The notes below the pieces were generated by a model. The model saw nothing but the letters and a program-made list of their open reading frames with translations, had not been told where the DNA came from and ran no database searches. Made by a program: the position numbers and the translations under genes. Shown here in pieces: positions 27,256-37,794 of a DNA stretch of 64,000 nucleotides. Position 1 is the stretch's first letter, and each line of letters starts with the position of its first letter. This DNA is from an uncultured Gammaproteobacteria bacterium (GTDB lineage: Bacteria > Patescibacteriota > Microgenomatia > Levybacterales > UBA12049), in assembly GCA_964424775.1 (NCBI GenBank), contig CAYRJZ010000001.1, positions 18,873-82,872 on the forward strand, given 5' to 3'.

Positions 27256-29355
27256 ATGGATAAAGTTTATTTACATGGTCAAGTAGAAGACGCTCATTAT
27301 AAAAGATGGGAAGAAAAAGGGTACTTTATGCCCGAGGTCAATCCTGATGGGGAACCTTTTACGATTATTCTTCCACCACCAAATGCAAATGGGTCCCTTC
27401 ACTTTGGTCACGCCATGATGGTACTTGAGGATATTCTTATTCGCTTCAAACGAATGCAAGGATATGCGGCTCTTTGGGTTCCTGGAGCTGATCATGCTGG
27501 GTTTGAGACGCAGTTCGTATTTGAAAAAAAACTTCAAGAACAAGGAAAGTCACGCCTCGACTATGATCGTGAGACTCTCTATCAGATGATTTGGGATTAT
27601 GTTGAAGAGAATAAGGGTGGAATGGAGGCGCAACTGAGAAAATTGGGTTTTTCTCTTGACTGGAGTAGGCGTACTTTTACACTTGATGAAAATGTAGTAA
27701 AAGTCGTTTATAAAACATTTAAAAAAATGTATGAAGAAAATCTTATTTATCGAGATTTACGTCTTGTTAACTACTGCACGCGTGATGGAACGTCTTTTTC
27801 TGACTTAGAAGTCGTGTATGAAGAAAAAAAAAGTCCACTCTATTACATTAAATACGGACCTCTCGTTCTTGCAACAACCCGTCCCGAAACAAAATTTGGA
27901 GATACAGCTGTGGCTGTGCACCCTGAGGATAAGCGTTATAGGGAGTATATCGGGAAGACTATTGATATAGAAACTGTTCTTGGACCAGCGAAAATAACAG
28001 TTGTTGGTGATGAAATGGTTGATCCTACATTTGGTACAGGAGTAGTAAAAATTACTCCAGCGCATGACTTTAATGATTTTGAAGTAGCAAAGAGGCACAA
28101 CTTGCCATTGAAACAAGTTATCGGATTTGATGGGAAGCTTAATGAGCATGCGGGTAAATTTGCGGGTATGTATGTTAAGCAGGCACGATCGGCGATTGTT
28201 GAAGAAATGCAAGTAAAGGGATTAATGGAGAGAATTGATGAAGAGTATTCTCATCGTGTAGGAGTATGTTACAAATGTAAAATGGTTATTGAGCCACTCC
28301 CGAAAGAACAGTGGTTTGTGAAAGTTAAACCTCTTGCGCAAAAAGCAATGGAGTCAGTTGAAAAGGGAGACATAAAGATTCATCCTGAGAACTTTGTGAC
28401 TCATTATAATCAGTGGCTGGAGAATTTAAGGGATTGGAATATTAGTCGTCAAATCGTCTGGGGAATTCGAATTCCTGCTTGGAAAAATACTCAAACAGGG
28501 GAGTGGAAAGTAACAGATGGAGAAGCGCCGTCAGGTTCAGAGTGGGTACAAGATGAAGATACATTTGATACGTGGTTTTCTAGTGGTCAGTGGCCATTTG
28601 CTACATTACAAACAACAAAGCAAGGTGACTATGAAAAATTTTATCCTACTTCAGTCATGGAAACCGGATACGATATCCTTCGTGCATGGGTTTCACGAAT
28701 GGTGATGCTTGGATATTTTGTCACTGGCAAAAAGCCATTCTCTGAAATCGTCCTTCATGGCCTAGTAAATGATCCTTATGGTAAGAAGATGAGTAAATCA
28801 AAGGGAAATGTCGTTAATCCACTTGAAGTTATTGAGCAGTATGGAGCGGATGCGGTCAGATTTGCTCTTGTGTACGGGACTGCGTTAGGACATGATCAAA
28901 GTCTTTCTTATCCTAAATTAGATGCGATGAGGAAATTTACTAATAAATTGTGGAATATGGCGCGTTTTCTTGAGATGAAGAGGACTCCTGATTCGGAATT
29001 AGTTGAGATCTCAGAACTTCACAAATTTGATCTTCATCCACAAGATAAAGAGATGATAATAAAGACAGAGCAACTCTCAAAGGATGTTACCCGACTTCTT
29101 GATGTCTATGATTTTAATCATTCATCACAAATGCTCTATGAATTTGCTTGGCATGAATTCGCAGACAAATATATTGAGGATGTAAAAAATAGAATGGATA
29201 AAAACAGCAGTACAGTTGCTCAGTCCCTCTTTGTTGTCCTATTACATCTCCTTCATCCATTTATGCCATTTGTTACTGAGGAGATTTATCTTAAAATCCC
29301 AGGACATAAGGAAACATTAATGGTCAGTCCATGGCCAACGTCAACAGCTGAATAG
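27256..29355 (+). CDS. valS: valyl-tRNA synthetase (short form)
   Basis: Class I aaRS HIGH (PPPNANGSLHFGHA) and KMSKS (KMSKSKGN) motifs, with ValRS-like flanks. About 700 aa, lacking the C-terminal coiled-coil extension. The start is probably MDKVYLH at 27256. Confidence 0.7.
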   Translation: MDKVYLHGQVEDAHYKRWEEKGYFMPEVNPDGEPFTIILPPPNANGSLHFGHAMMVLEDILIRFKRMQGYAALWVPGADHAGFETQFVFEKKLQEQGKSRLDYDRETLYQMIWDYVEENKGGMEAQLRKLGFSLDWSRRTFTLDENVVKVVYKTFKKMYEENLIYRDLRLVNYCTRDGTSFSDLEVVYEEKKSPLYYIKYGPLVLATTRPETKFGDTAVAVHPEDKRYREYIGKTIDIETVLGPAKITVVGDEMVDPTFGTGVVKITPAHDFNDFEVAKRHNLPLKQVIGFDGKLNEHAGKFAGMYVKQARSAIVEEMQVKGLMERIDEEYSHRVGVCYKCKMVIEPLPKEQWFVKVKPLAQKAMESVEKGDIKIHPENFVTHYNQWLENLRDWNISRQIVWGIRIPAWKNTQTGEWKVTDGEAPSGSEWVQDEDTFDTWFSSGQWPFATLQTTKQGDYEKFYPTSVMETGYDILRAWVSRMVMLGYFVTGKKPFSEIVLHGLVNDPYGKKMSKSKGNVVNPLEVIEQYGADAVRFALVYGTALGHDQSLSYPKLDAMRKFTNKLWNMARFLEMKRTPDSELVEISELHKFDLHPQDKEMIIKTEQLSKDVTRLLDVYDFNHSSQMLYEFAWHEFADKYIEDVKNRMDKNSSTVAQSLFVVLLHLLHPFMPFVTEEIYLKIPGHKETLMVSPWPTSTAE

Positions 29356-29416
29356 TTACTGCTCAGCATGAAATTTCTCTTCCTGATGGTATAATGAGTG
29401 TACTTTCATTGAGTTT

Positions 29417-29848
29417 ATGAGTAAGCCACAAAAAAAGACACCACAAGGGATGAAAGAAATTAATGTGTATAAATCCCCGAGCTTTTCCCGATATATTCCC
29501 GAATATCTCAAGAAGCAAAATCCTTTCTATGTAAAGGTAATTCTGGTCAGTTTTATTTCGGGATTTCTCTTAATGGCGATTAGTATGAAGGGGTATCAGT
29601 TCGTTCAGGTAACAGAAGCATTACAAAGTGCCCAATCACAAAGAAGTGAACTTGAGGCAGAAAGAAAGTATTGGCTTGACGTAAGTGAGAAATACAGTGG
29701 GTATAGAGATGCGTATTTTAAAGTTGCCTTAGTATCCTACCAATTAGGAGATGTTGATCTTGCAAAGAAATATCTTATTGAGGCGATGGCCCTTGATCCA
29801 AATTTTAAAGAGGGAAGGGAATTCGGTCAGAAAACAGGACTCTTGTAA
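29417..29848 (+). CDS. hypothetical membrane-anchored protein with TPR-like C-terminus
   Basis: One TM (VILVSFISGFLLMAISM) and a helical repeat-like tail. Confidence 0.4.
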   Translation: MSKPQKKTPQGMKEINVYKSPSFSRYIPEYLKKQNPFYVKVILVSFISGFLLMAISMKGYQFVQVTEALQSAQSQRSELEAERKYWLDVSEKYSGYRDAYFKVALVSYQLGDVDLAKKYLIEAMALDPNFKEGREFGQKTGLL

Positions 29849-29850
29849 TC

Positions 29851-30531
29851 TTACTCAGACTTTTCTTCGTTTTCAGAAGATTCATCAGATTTTTCTTCAT
29901 TTTCACTATCTTCACCTTCAGTAGGTGACTCTGCACCTTCTTCACCTTCAGTCTCCTCAGGTGTAGGTTCTTCTTCAACAACAATTTCAGCAATTTTTGC
30001 AACAACTTGTCCTTCATCCGTAAGGATTACAACACCTTCAGGTGCTTTCAAGTCAGCAACGGTAATTTGATCATCAACTGCAGCTAAATTCTCAATTGAG
30101 ACCTCGATGTTTTCAGGGAGTGCTTCAGGAAGTGCTTCTACTTCAACTTCATTAAGCGTTTGGAGAAGGGTCCCGACATTTTCAGTAACAGCAGGAGATT
30201 CATTAATAAGAATGACTGGTACCATTGTTTTTACTTTTTCTTTCAAGTTAACCTGATAGAAATCAACGTGGAGAGGAGTTTGGGTACGAAAGTCCATATG
30301 CATGTTTTTAACAAGCACTGGGCGTTTTTTATCTTCGACGAAAAGATCAATAAGACCAGTCTCTCCAACTTCTTTAAAGACAGCCATGAAATCAGTTAAA
30401 GGAAGCTGAAGTGCAACAGATGATAGATCTTTTCCATAGACATTTGCAGGAAGAATTCCGTCGCGTCGAAGTTTCTTGATTTTTTTACCAAGTATCGTGC
30501 GAACTGAGGCTTTAAGTTGTGGATGTTTCAT
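29851..30531 (-). CDS. rplY: 50S ribosomal protein L25/general stress protein Ctc
   Basis: L25/Ctc N-domain (LKASVRTILGKKIKKLRRDGILPANVYGK) and an acidic E/S-rich C-terminal tail. The probable start is MKHPQL at 30531. Confidence 0.75.
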   Translation of the reverse strand: MKHPQLKASVRTILGKKIKKLRRDGILPANVYGKDLSSVALQLPLTDFMAVFKEVGETGLIDLFVEDKKRPVLVKNMHMDFRTQTPLHVDFYQVNLKEKVKTMVPVILINESPAVTENVGTLLQTLNEVEVEALPEALPENIEVSIENLAAVDDQITVADLKAPEGVVILTDEGQVVAKIAEIVVEEEPTPEETEGEEGAESPTEGEDSENEEKSDESSENEEKSE

Positions 30532-30640
30532 ACAATTTGTACAGCTTATCATTGATAAGCTTTGATTGCAAGTATAACATAATCTCACACCCTTGTCAAA
30601 CTATAGGACTGCAAATTGTAGTCATGTGTATAATAGAAGG

Positions 30641-31120
30641 ATGCGAATAATTGGAATAGATCCGGGTATTGGGAGACTAGGATGGGGAGTTGTTGAGATA
30701 GAATCTCAAAAACAGAAAGCTCTTGCGTTCGGTTGTATTGAGACACCTCCTAAGCTTTCTGAAGAAAAACGTATCGAGCAAATCTACCGAGAATTAATGA
30801 CAATATTTACCGAGTATACCCCGAAAGCACTCGCAATTGAGGAGTTGTTTTTCAGTAAGAATGTCACGACTGCCTTTTCTGTTGGACAGGCAAGGGGTGT
30901 TGCCCTTCTCGTCGCTGCCCAACATAAAGTCACCATTGCACAGTATAATCCAGGCGAGGTAAAGATTGCAGTGACCGGGTATGGAAAAGCAGAGAAAAAG
31001 CAAATTGGACAGATGGTGAAAATTATTCTGAAATTAAAAGAAATTCCACGACTTGATGATACGACCGATGCCCTTGCTATTGCTCTTACCCATGCCTTTT
31101 CTGCAAAATATCCTTCATAA
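30641..31120 (+). CDS. ruvC: crossover junction endodeoxyribonuclease RuvC
   Basis: RuvC N-terminus (MRIIGIDPGIGRLGWGVVE). Confidence 0.85.
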   Translation: MRIIGIDPGIGRLGWGVVEIESQKQKALAFGCIETPPKLSEEKRIEQIYRELMTIFTEYTPKALAIEELFFSKNVTTAFSVGQARGVALLVAAQHKVTIAQYNPGEVKIAVTGYGKAEKKQIGQMVKIILKLKEIPRLDDTTDALAIALTHAFSAKYPS

Positions 31121-31149
31121 GTCCTGTGTTATAATGCCAATACCGCTTT

Positions 31150-31731
31150 ATGATAGGCATGTTGGAAGGTCAGGTCGCACTTAAGATTAATCCTCATCTT
31201 ATAATTAATGTTTCTGGAGTAGGGTATAAAGTACTCGTTCCGTCTCCACTTTTTGCATCATCCGTTTTAGATTCCAAACTTCGACTTTTTACCTATACCC
31301 ATGTAAGAGAAGACGCACTTGAGCTTTTCGGGTTTTCCAGTGTTGAGGATTTAAAACTATTTGAGTACCTCATAAGTGTCTCAGGAGTTGGAGGAAAGAC
31401 TGCTCTTGGTATTTTTTCAGTTGGAGGTCGATCCGAAATAGTTTCTGCAATTGTAACCGGAAATGTTTCATTTTTTACATCAGTACCACGCTTGGGCAAG
31501 AAAAATGCTCAGAAGATCATTATTGAGTTGAAGAATAAGCTCGGGGGAGTTGAGGACCTTGATCTTTCGAACTCAGAAAGCCCAGAAACAACAGAAGTCA
31601 TTGCTGCGCTTGAACACTTTGGGTATTCACAACGTGAAGCAGAGGTTGCACTCCAGGCAATAAAGACGGATGGGATTAAATCTGAGGAGATGATAAAACT
31701 TGCACTACAGTATTTAGGAAAGGGAAGATAG
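31150..31731 (+). CDS. ruvA: Holliday junction branch migration protein RuvA
   Basis: RuvA N-terminus (MIGMLEGQV...VSGVGYKVLVP) and HhH motifs. Confidence 0.85.
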   Translation: MIGMLEGQVALKINPHLIINVSGVGYKVLVPSPLFASSVLDSKLRLFTYTHVREDALELFGFSSVEDLKLFEYLISVSGVGGKTALGIFSVGGRSEIVSAIVTGNVSFFTSVPRLGKKNAQKIIIELKNKLGGVEDLDLSNSESPETTEVIAALEHFGYSQREAEVALQAIKTDGIKSEEMIKLALQYLGKGR

Positions 31732-31734
31732 GAG

Positions 31735-32760
31735 ATGGATGATACAAAAAAAAGAGATATTTTAGAAGTCGAACCGGAAGAAGAGAAAGTTCTCACCACA
31801 CTTCGTGCGTCGAGTTGGGATGAGTTCATTGGACAGAGTGGCATTAAGAAATCTTTACGTATTGCTATTGATGCAGCAAGAGAACGTGATGAGGCATTGG
31901 AGCATGTTCTTCTCTACGGCCCACCGGGACTTGGGAAAACAACGCTTTCTCATATTATTGCAAAAGAGATGGGGAAAAATATTCGTGTCACATCAGGTCC
32001 GGCAATAGAGCGAGCAGGGGACTTGGCATCAATTCTTACCAATTTAGAAAAGGGTGACATACTTTTTATTGATGAGATTCATAGATTGCAAAAACTTGTT
32101 GAAGAAACGCTTTATCCAGCAATGGAGGACTATGCTCTCGACATTATTTTAGGAAAAGGTCCCTCTGCACGAACACTTCGTCTTGATCTTCCTCAATTTA
32201 CTATAGTTGGAGCAACAACTCGTGTTGGAGCGATTGCCGCTCCACTTCGAGATCGTTTTGGTGTGGTGCACAGGCTTAATTTTTATGAATCATCTGAGAT
32301 GGGAAGAATAATTAAGGAGGCAGGAGGGAAGTTAGGAGTAGAAATAGATGAGGATAGTATTCATGAAATTGCGATAAGAGCACGTGGAACCCCACGAATT
32401 GGCCTAAAACTCTTGAAGAGAGTACGAGATTACGCTCAGATTCATGCTAGAGGTATTATTTCTCCTAAAGAAGTAATCGAAACGATGAGTATGCTTGAAG
32501 TAGATCATCAGGGACTTGACCCACTGGACAAAAAATATCTTTTAGCAATTATGGAAAAACATAGCGGAGGGCCTGTTGGGGTTGAGACGATAGCATCAAC
32601 GATTTCTGAGGATACTACTACACTTGAAGATATGGTTGAACCTTACTTGCTTCAACTGGGTTTTATTAAAAGGTCCCCACGCGGAAGAATAGCAACGAAG
32701 GCAGCATTTGATCATTTTAATCTTTCTCATAAAGATGAGCTTCAGCAACCTCTCCTTTAA
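31735..32760 (+). CDS. ruvB: Holliday junction branch migration ATPase RuvB
   Basis: AAA+ Walker A ([18 protein letters not shown]) and the RuvB family sequence throughout. Confidence 0.9.
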   Translation: MDDTKKRDILEVEPEEEKVLTTLRASSWDEFIGQSGIKKSLRIAIDAARERDEALEHVLLYGPPGLGKTTLSHIIAKEMGKNIRVTSGPAIERAGDLASILTNLEKGDILFIDEIHRLQKLVEETLYPAMEDYALDIILGKGPSARTLRLDLPQFTIVGATTRVGAIAAPLRDRFGVVHRLNFYESSEMGRIIKEAGGKLGVEIDEDSIHEIAIRARGTPRIGLKLLKRVRDYAQIHARGIISPKEVIETMSMLEVDHQGLDPLDKKYLLAIMEKHSGGPVGVETIASTISEDTTTLEDMVEPYLLQLGFIKRSPRGRIATKAAFDHFNLSHKDELQQPLL

Positions 32761-35120
32761 TAACTAAATCCTATCTCAAATATGGGATGAAAGAATGGGG
32801 TAAAAAGAATAATTCCTTGGAGGAGAAGCGTAATAAGGACTGTGATAACAAGGAATTTATTGGGGCGTAGGATGTTTCTCCCCCTGACAAGAAACGCAAG
32901 TACCATATGAGAGATGACAAGTGTGGTAAAGACAATCGTTCGGGCAGTCGTTTCATTTGTTATTTGATAGAAGAAAGAGAAAAGAAGAATAAGAAAAATG
33001 CTTAAAGAAAGCCCAATACTCCCTGTGATGAGGAGACGTCTCTTATTGAGAATAGGGACACGTGGATCACGAGGAGGCTGTTTAATCGCATAAGGGTCTC
33101 TTGTGTCACTTGCCAGTGCAAGTGCAGGTAAGCCATCGGTTACTAAGTTGATCCATAAAATTTGTGTAGGAAGAAGGGGGGCAGGCATACCAAAGAGTGT
33201 TGCAAGAAACACAAGAAAGAGCTCTGAAATATTACCGGCAACGAGGTATGTAATTGCCTTTACGATGTTGTGGTAAATACGCCTTCCTTCTTCTATAGCT
33301 CGAACTATTGTTGCATAGTTATCGTCTGCAATAATAATGTCACTAGCTTCTTTTGCTACATCTGTTCCTGATTCTCCCATGGCAACACCTACATTAGCTT
33401 TTTTCAGAGCTAAGGCATCATTTACTCCATCTCCCGTGACACCTATCACATATCCTTGCTTCTGAAAAAGTGTTGTTAATCGAAGTTTGTCTTGTGGTTT
33501 GGTGCGTGCAAATATTCGGGTTTTGGTAATTATTTTGCTTAACTCTTCATCCGAGAGTTTTTCTAAATCATCCCCAGTTAAGACATCACCATCGTTTTGA
33601 AGGAGGCCAATTTCTTTCGCAATTGCCATTGCAGTTAATTCGTTGTCTCCTGTGACCATAATTGTTTCAATACCAGCTTTTTTAGCAAGAGCGATTGCAT
33701 GTGCAACTTCTTCACGAGGTGGGTCATAAATTCCGACAAAGCCAAGAAATGTTAAATTTTTCTCATGTTGCTCACGGGATGCCTTTGAAAATGTTCCACT
33801 TTTACTTCCAAATGCGATAACACGCAATCCAAGGGATGCGTATTCGGTAAAGGCTTTTTCAACCTCTTTTCTTTTTGACTCGCTTACCTTACTTCGTTCA
33901 AGAACAGCTTCAGGTGCACCCCGAACAAAGACATGGGTAGTTCTTTTATCTTTCCAGACGGTCGTGATAGTCTTAGTTTTGGAATCAAAGACAAATTCAT
34001 CGATAATTTTCCCTTTAGTGATCTCATCTTTAATCGTTTTTTGTTCTTTAAGGCTCCAGACGAGAAGTGCTCCATCAGTTTTATCCCCGACAATTTCATA
34101 TCCGGCACTTCCTTTATGTATAAGTGAGGCTGTATTCCCAAGGACTGAAGCAAAGCGCATGTGTTCAAGGTTTTTGGGATAATCAAACCACACTTTTTTC
34201 ACCTGCATACTATTTTGCGTTAAGGTACCTGTCTTATCGGTGAGAATGTACTGAACTGATCCTAAAGTCTCAACGGATGGCATCTTTCGAACAATTGCCC
34301 GTCTTTTTGCCATACGACTTGTTCCAAGTGCTAGTGCAATGGTGATAACAGCGGGGAGCGAAACAGGCACAGCAGCAATTGCAATACTCGTAGCTAGGAG
34401 CAGGAGAGGCGTAAATTCTCTTCCTTGAAAAATGCCAAATGGAATAATAAGAAATGCAATGACAACAGCAATGACAGATAGCGTTCGTCCGAGTCGTGTG
34501 AGTTGAATTTGAAGAGGTGTTTTATCATTTTCGATAGCTGAGAGTGTTTGAGCAACTTGGCCAAATTTGGTCTGCATACCAATTTTTGTTACCTCCATAT
34601 ACCCATTTCCTTTTGTAATAAGCATTCCCATATAAACCTCGTTTCCACCTTCTTTCATAACTGGTAGTGATTCGCCGGTCAGAAGTGATTCGTCACTTTC
34701 CAAATGGTGCTCTTTTAAAAGCACTCCATCTGCTGGTATTCGATCACCTTCATTTAAAAAGACGATATCCCCAGGGACTAACTCTTCACTGCTGATTTGT
34801 TCTTCTTTTCCTTCTCGAATAACTCGAGCAAGCGGGGTAGTATAGGATTTTAGTTTTTCAAGAGACTTTTCAGCTTTATATTCTTGAACAAATCCGAAAA
34901 TACTGTCTAAAAAGATAATCGAGAAGATAAAGATACTATCGAGTGGCTCACCAATGATAAATGATAATGTGGCTGCAAAGACGAGGATAAGATTTATGAC
35001 ACTGACAAATTGAGAGAGAAACAATTTAATAGGTGATGATTTCAATTCAGTCTGAATAACATTTTTACCAAATTCTTTTTGTTTTTGAACGACTTGAGCA
35101 AGAGTGAGTCCTTGATCCAT
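32757..35120 (-). CDS. cation-transporting P-type ATPase (P2-like)
   Basis: DKTGTLT phosphorylation motif and the [21 protein letters not shown] hinge motif, with N- and C-terminal TM bundles. Confidence 0.85.
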   Translation of the reverse strand: MDQGLTLAQVVQKQKEFGKNVIQTELKSSPIKLFLSQFVSVINLILVFAATLSFIIGEPLDSIFIFSIIFLDSIFGFVQEYKAEKSLEKLKSYTTPLARVIREGKEEQISSEELVPGDIVFLNEGDRIPADGVLLKEHHLESDESLLTGESLPVMKEGGNEVYMGMLITKGNGYMEVTKIGMQTKFGQVAQTLSAIENDKTPLQIQLTRLGRTLSVIAVVIAFLIIPFGIFQGREFTPLLLLATSIAIAAVPVSLPAVITIALALGTSRMAKRRAIVRKMPSVETLGSVQYILTDKTGTLTQNSMQVKKVWFDYPKNLEHMRFASVLGNTASLIHKGSAGYEIVGDKTDGALLVWSLKEQKTIKDEITKGKIIDEFVFDSKTKTITTVWKDKRTTHVFVRGAPEAVLERSKVSESKRKEVEKAFTEYASLGLRVIAFGSKSGTFSKASREQHEKNLTFLGFVGIYDPPREEVAHAIALAKKAGIETIMVTGDNELTAMAIAKEIGLLQNDGDVLTGDDLEKLSDEELSKIITKTRIFARTKPQDKLRLTTLFQKQGYVIGVTGDGVNDALALKKANVGVAMGESGTDVAKEASDIIIADDNYATIVRAIEEGRRIYHNIVKAITYLVAGNISELFLVFLATLFGMPAPLLPTQILWINLVTDGLPALALASDTRDPYAIKQPPRDPRVPILNKRRLLITGSIGLSLSIFLILLFSFFYQITNETTARTIVFTTLVISHMVLAFLVRGRNILRPNKFLVITVLITLLLQGIILFTPFFHPIFEIGFSY

Positions 35121-35142
35121 GGGTTATACCATTGTAACAGTT

Positions 35143-36903
35143 TTAGAGACAGTGTTGTTGGTAACGAATAAGGTATGTATTGAGATGTGGGACAGTTGAA
35201 CTTCTTTGCGCGAGCTGCTGGAGGGCAAGACAATCCTGAGGATCTAGGTTGAGGAGTTTTTGCAGAAGCGGCTCTTGATACTCAAGCATTTGAGTAAACT
35301 GATAAAAATTTAGAGCTCGTACAAGAGCGTTTCGTGAATTATCATGAAGGTTAGACATAGTGAATGATCCTTTTGTTTTTTGATATTCTGCAATAACATG
35401 AGCGTTTTTAGGAGTATTCTTCACTAAAATGATCATGTAAGGATCAAGATACACCGTTTTCCAGTTTTCATTCTCAATGATATCTTTGATAAATTGCTGA
35501 GCCCAGGGAGTCATATCATTATGAGAAAAAAGTATTGTGTTAAATCCATATTTTCTTTCAATTCTTTGAAAGACTGATGGGTCTTGTTGCATAGGGATGT
35601 ATACCTCTTTAAAAAAATGAGCAGGATACGCTTCAGGTCTGCCATCAATAAAGACTTTCTCTTGAGGATACAGTCTAAAGATAAGATAGCTTCCTATATC
35701 AAAATTATTAAAGATAGGACCTTTTAGTTTTTCACGTTGAAAGAAATCTATTCCCATTGACGCTCCAGTCTCAGGGCTCGGAGAAAGCTGTCGAAGTGAG
35801 GAAACTTCTCTTATTTGCAATATATAAACGAAACAAAGCAATACAGCGGTCATCAAAAAGAGAAGAAGTGTTCTTTTAGGGTATGCTTCATCAACTCTTG
35901 TTTGTATTTCGGAAATAATAATTGTTAGAGTTCGGATAAAAGGAAGAAAGACAGCAAGGGAAAAGAGTGGAAAGTTCCTTACTGCAAGAAGCGCGATAAC
36001 TGAAAATGAAATACAGAGCAGCCAATCGATAATTCGAGTTTTTTTAACTGCGAGAAGAAGAGACGTGAAGAGAAGACCAAGACTTATTTGGAGGTAAAGC
36101 CACGATGTTTTTTGAAATCCAAGTTGAGAGAGGAGAAATGGGGTTTGGTTCTCCTCAATTGAATAACCATAGTTATGAAAGACAGTAAATGGATAAATTG
36201 CTCCATGAATTCCGTTTGGGTTAATAAGCGTAATTACGCTACTTATTCCAAGAATAAGAGTGAGCGTTAATACATTTTTATCATGAATAGTTCTCTTTCT
36301 CATAAGTTCGTCTAGCCAAAAAATTCCTATGACTCCCAATCCGATGAAGAAGTAGATATGTGAGTTGACCCACAGTAATTCAATGAAAGGCAAGAGAAAA
36401 ATAAGGCGAGTATATTTTTCTCTAAACTTAAAAAGGATGACTAAAAAGAGTGAAAGAAAGAGATAGCTGAATAGTTCAGGGCGAATGTCAGTCCTTTCAA
36501 AAAGAACTCGAAGGAGGAGAAGTGAGACAATTGAGGTCGCGATAAGAGAGTATTTTTTTAAAGCTGAAAAGTAGAGGAGCCCAAATGAAGTGAATATGAG
36601 AAAGAAAGTTAAGATCATGAGACCTTGAAAACTAAATTGGTGATAGAGAAGCGAAAATATTATCTCAGGGAGATAATGGTGATTGATGAAGGGAAAGTCT
36701 GGGTAGGTGTAGGAGAAGAGATTGGTTTTGGGGATGGAGCCGTTTAGACGGATAATATCACCAAGGAAAATATGCCTTCCCAGATCTTGTGTGATTGCAC
36801 TAATACTATGAAAGTATCCAACGGATAAAAGAGTAAAAGTGAGAATTATGAAGAGAAAAGCAAAAAGTTGATGAAGAGGAGTGGATCTATTTGCGTTTTT
36901 CAT
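35143..36903 (-). CDS. large polytopic membrane protein, possibly GT-C-type glycosyltransferase or similar
   Basis: More than 12 predicted TM helices and a soluble C-terminal domain. No confident family. Confidence 0.4.
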   Translation of the reverse strand: MKNANRSTPLHQLFAFLFIILTFTLLSVGYFHSISAITQDLGRHIFLGDIIRLNGSIPKTNLFSYTYPDFPFINHHYLPEIIFSLLYHQFSFQGLMILTFFLIFTSFGLLYFSALKKYSLIATSIVSLLLLRVLFERTDIRPELFSYLFLSLFLVILFKFREKYTRLIFLLPFIELLWVNSHIYFFIGLGVIGIFWLDELMRKRTIHDKNVLTLTLILGISSVITLINPNGIHGAIYPFTVFHNYGYSIEENQTPFLLSQLGFQKTSWLYLQISLGLLFTSLLLAVKKTRIIDWLLCISFSVIALLAVRNFPLFSLAVFLPFIRTLTIIISEIQTRVDEAYPKRTLLLFLMTAVLLCFVYILQIREVSSLRQLSPSPETGASMGIDFFQREKLKGPIFNNFDIGSYLIFRLYPQEKVFIDGRPEAYPAHFFKEVYIPMQQDPSVFQRIERKYGFNTILFSHNDMTPWAQQFIKDIIENENWKTVYLDPYMIILVKNTPKNAHVIAEYQKTKGSFTMSNLHDNSRNALVRALNFYQFTQMLEYQEPLLQKLLNLDPQDCLALQQLAQRSSTVPHLNTYLIRYQQHCL

Positions 36904-37747
36904 AGAAGTCGAGAGTTTTTTTACCTATCTCAGCAATTGTTTCTTTAACTGATTGTTCATCATTTCCAATATCTGAGGTCAGTACACCGACAAAGAAAAC
37001 TTTCCCATTGTGCTCAAGAATTCCTACATCATGAAGATACCCAACAGCGTCTCCTGTTTTGTGATATATCTTTGCAGATGAAGGAAGCTTGAGCGAAAGT
37101 CTATCTTCAATATCTGTCTCTGTCATAAAGCCTAGTAACTCTTTTGTTTTAGCAGGGCTAGTTACCTCATTTTTATATATTTTTTCAAAAAGAAGGTACA
37201 TATCTTCAGGTGAAGTTTTATTCTCTTCCATGTCTGTTTGTGACAACCCCCACTCTTCAATAGTGTTTTGAACAATTGGTGTCCCAATTTTATTGCTAAG
37301 TATATGTGCTGCAGTATTATCAGACTGTTTAAGTGCTAACTTTGCAAGTGTTTTTATAGAATAAGTGCTTCCAGGCTTTTGGTACCTCAAGCTTCCGGTA
37401 CCATAGTCTTGAATGTCATTTTCCTGAAGAGTAATTTGTTCGTCAAAATCAATTTTTCCCTTATTCTCAAGATAATACAAGACAGCAACAATGGGGACTT
37501 TATTCACTGACGCAGCAGTAAATAATTCCTGTTCATTTATGCCAAATCTTTGGTCTGTTGAAAGGTCTGCAAAGTAAATTCCATAGTTACCTTTTTTGTT
37601 TTTTATAATTGATTCATATTCTTTTTTTAGCTCCTGAGGGTAATTTGCAGGTGAGGAAAGAACAGTAAAGCGGGGAAGTGAGGGAAGGTTACGACCGATG
37701 AGCAGAACAACAAGCGTATAGATAATAATAGTAAGTAATTTTCTCAT
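36887..37747 (-). CDS. class A beta-lactamase-related serine hydrolase
   Basis: SxxK (ASVNK), SDN (QSDNTAAHIL) and KTG (HKTGDAVG) motifs in the canonical order, with an N-terminal signal/anchor. Confidence 0.6.
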   Translation of the reverse strand: MRKLLTIIIYTLVVLLIGRNLPSLPRFTVLSSPANYPQELKKEYESIIKNKKGNYGIYFADLSTDQRFGINEQELFTAASVNKVPIVAVLYYLENKGKIDFDEQITLQENDIQDYGTGSLRYQKPGSTYSIKTLAKLALKQSDNTAAHILSNKIGTPIVQNTIEEWGLSQTDMEENKTSPEDMYLLFEKIYKNEVTSPAKTKELLGFMTETDIEDRLSLKLPSSAKIYHKTGDAVGYLHDVGILEHNGKVFFVGVLTSDIGNDEQSVKETIAEIGKKTLDFYEKRK

Positions 37748-37794
37748 GGACAGGAGACTTTCTTATTAAAGCGAAGGAGGTAGAGCTTGTCAAA

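Noticed and set aside
27271-28212. Minus-strand ORFs inside valS (27271-27543, 27805-28212)
   Set aside because: They are embedded in a strongly supported aaRS gene on the opposite strand with no independent support.
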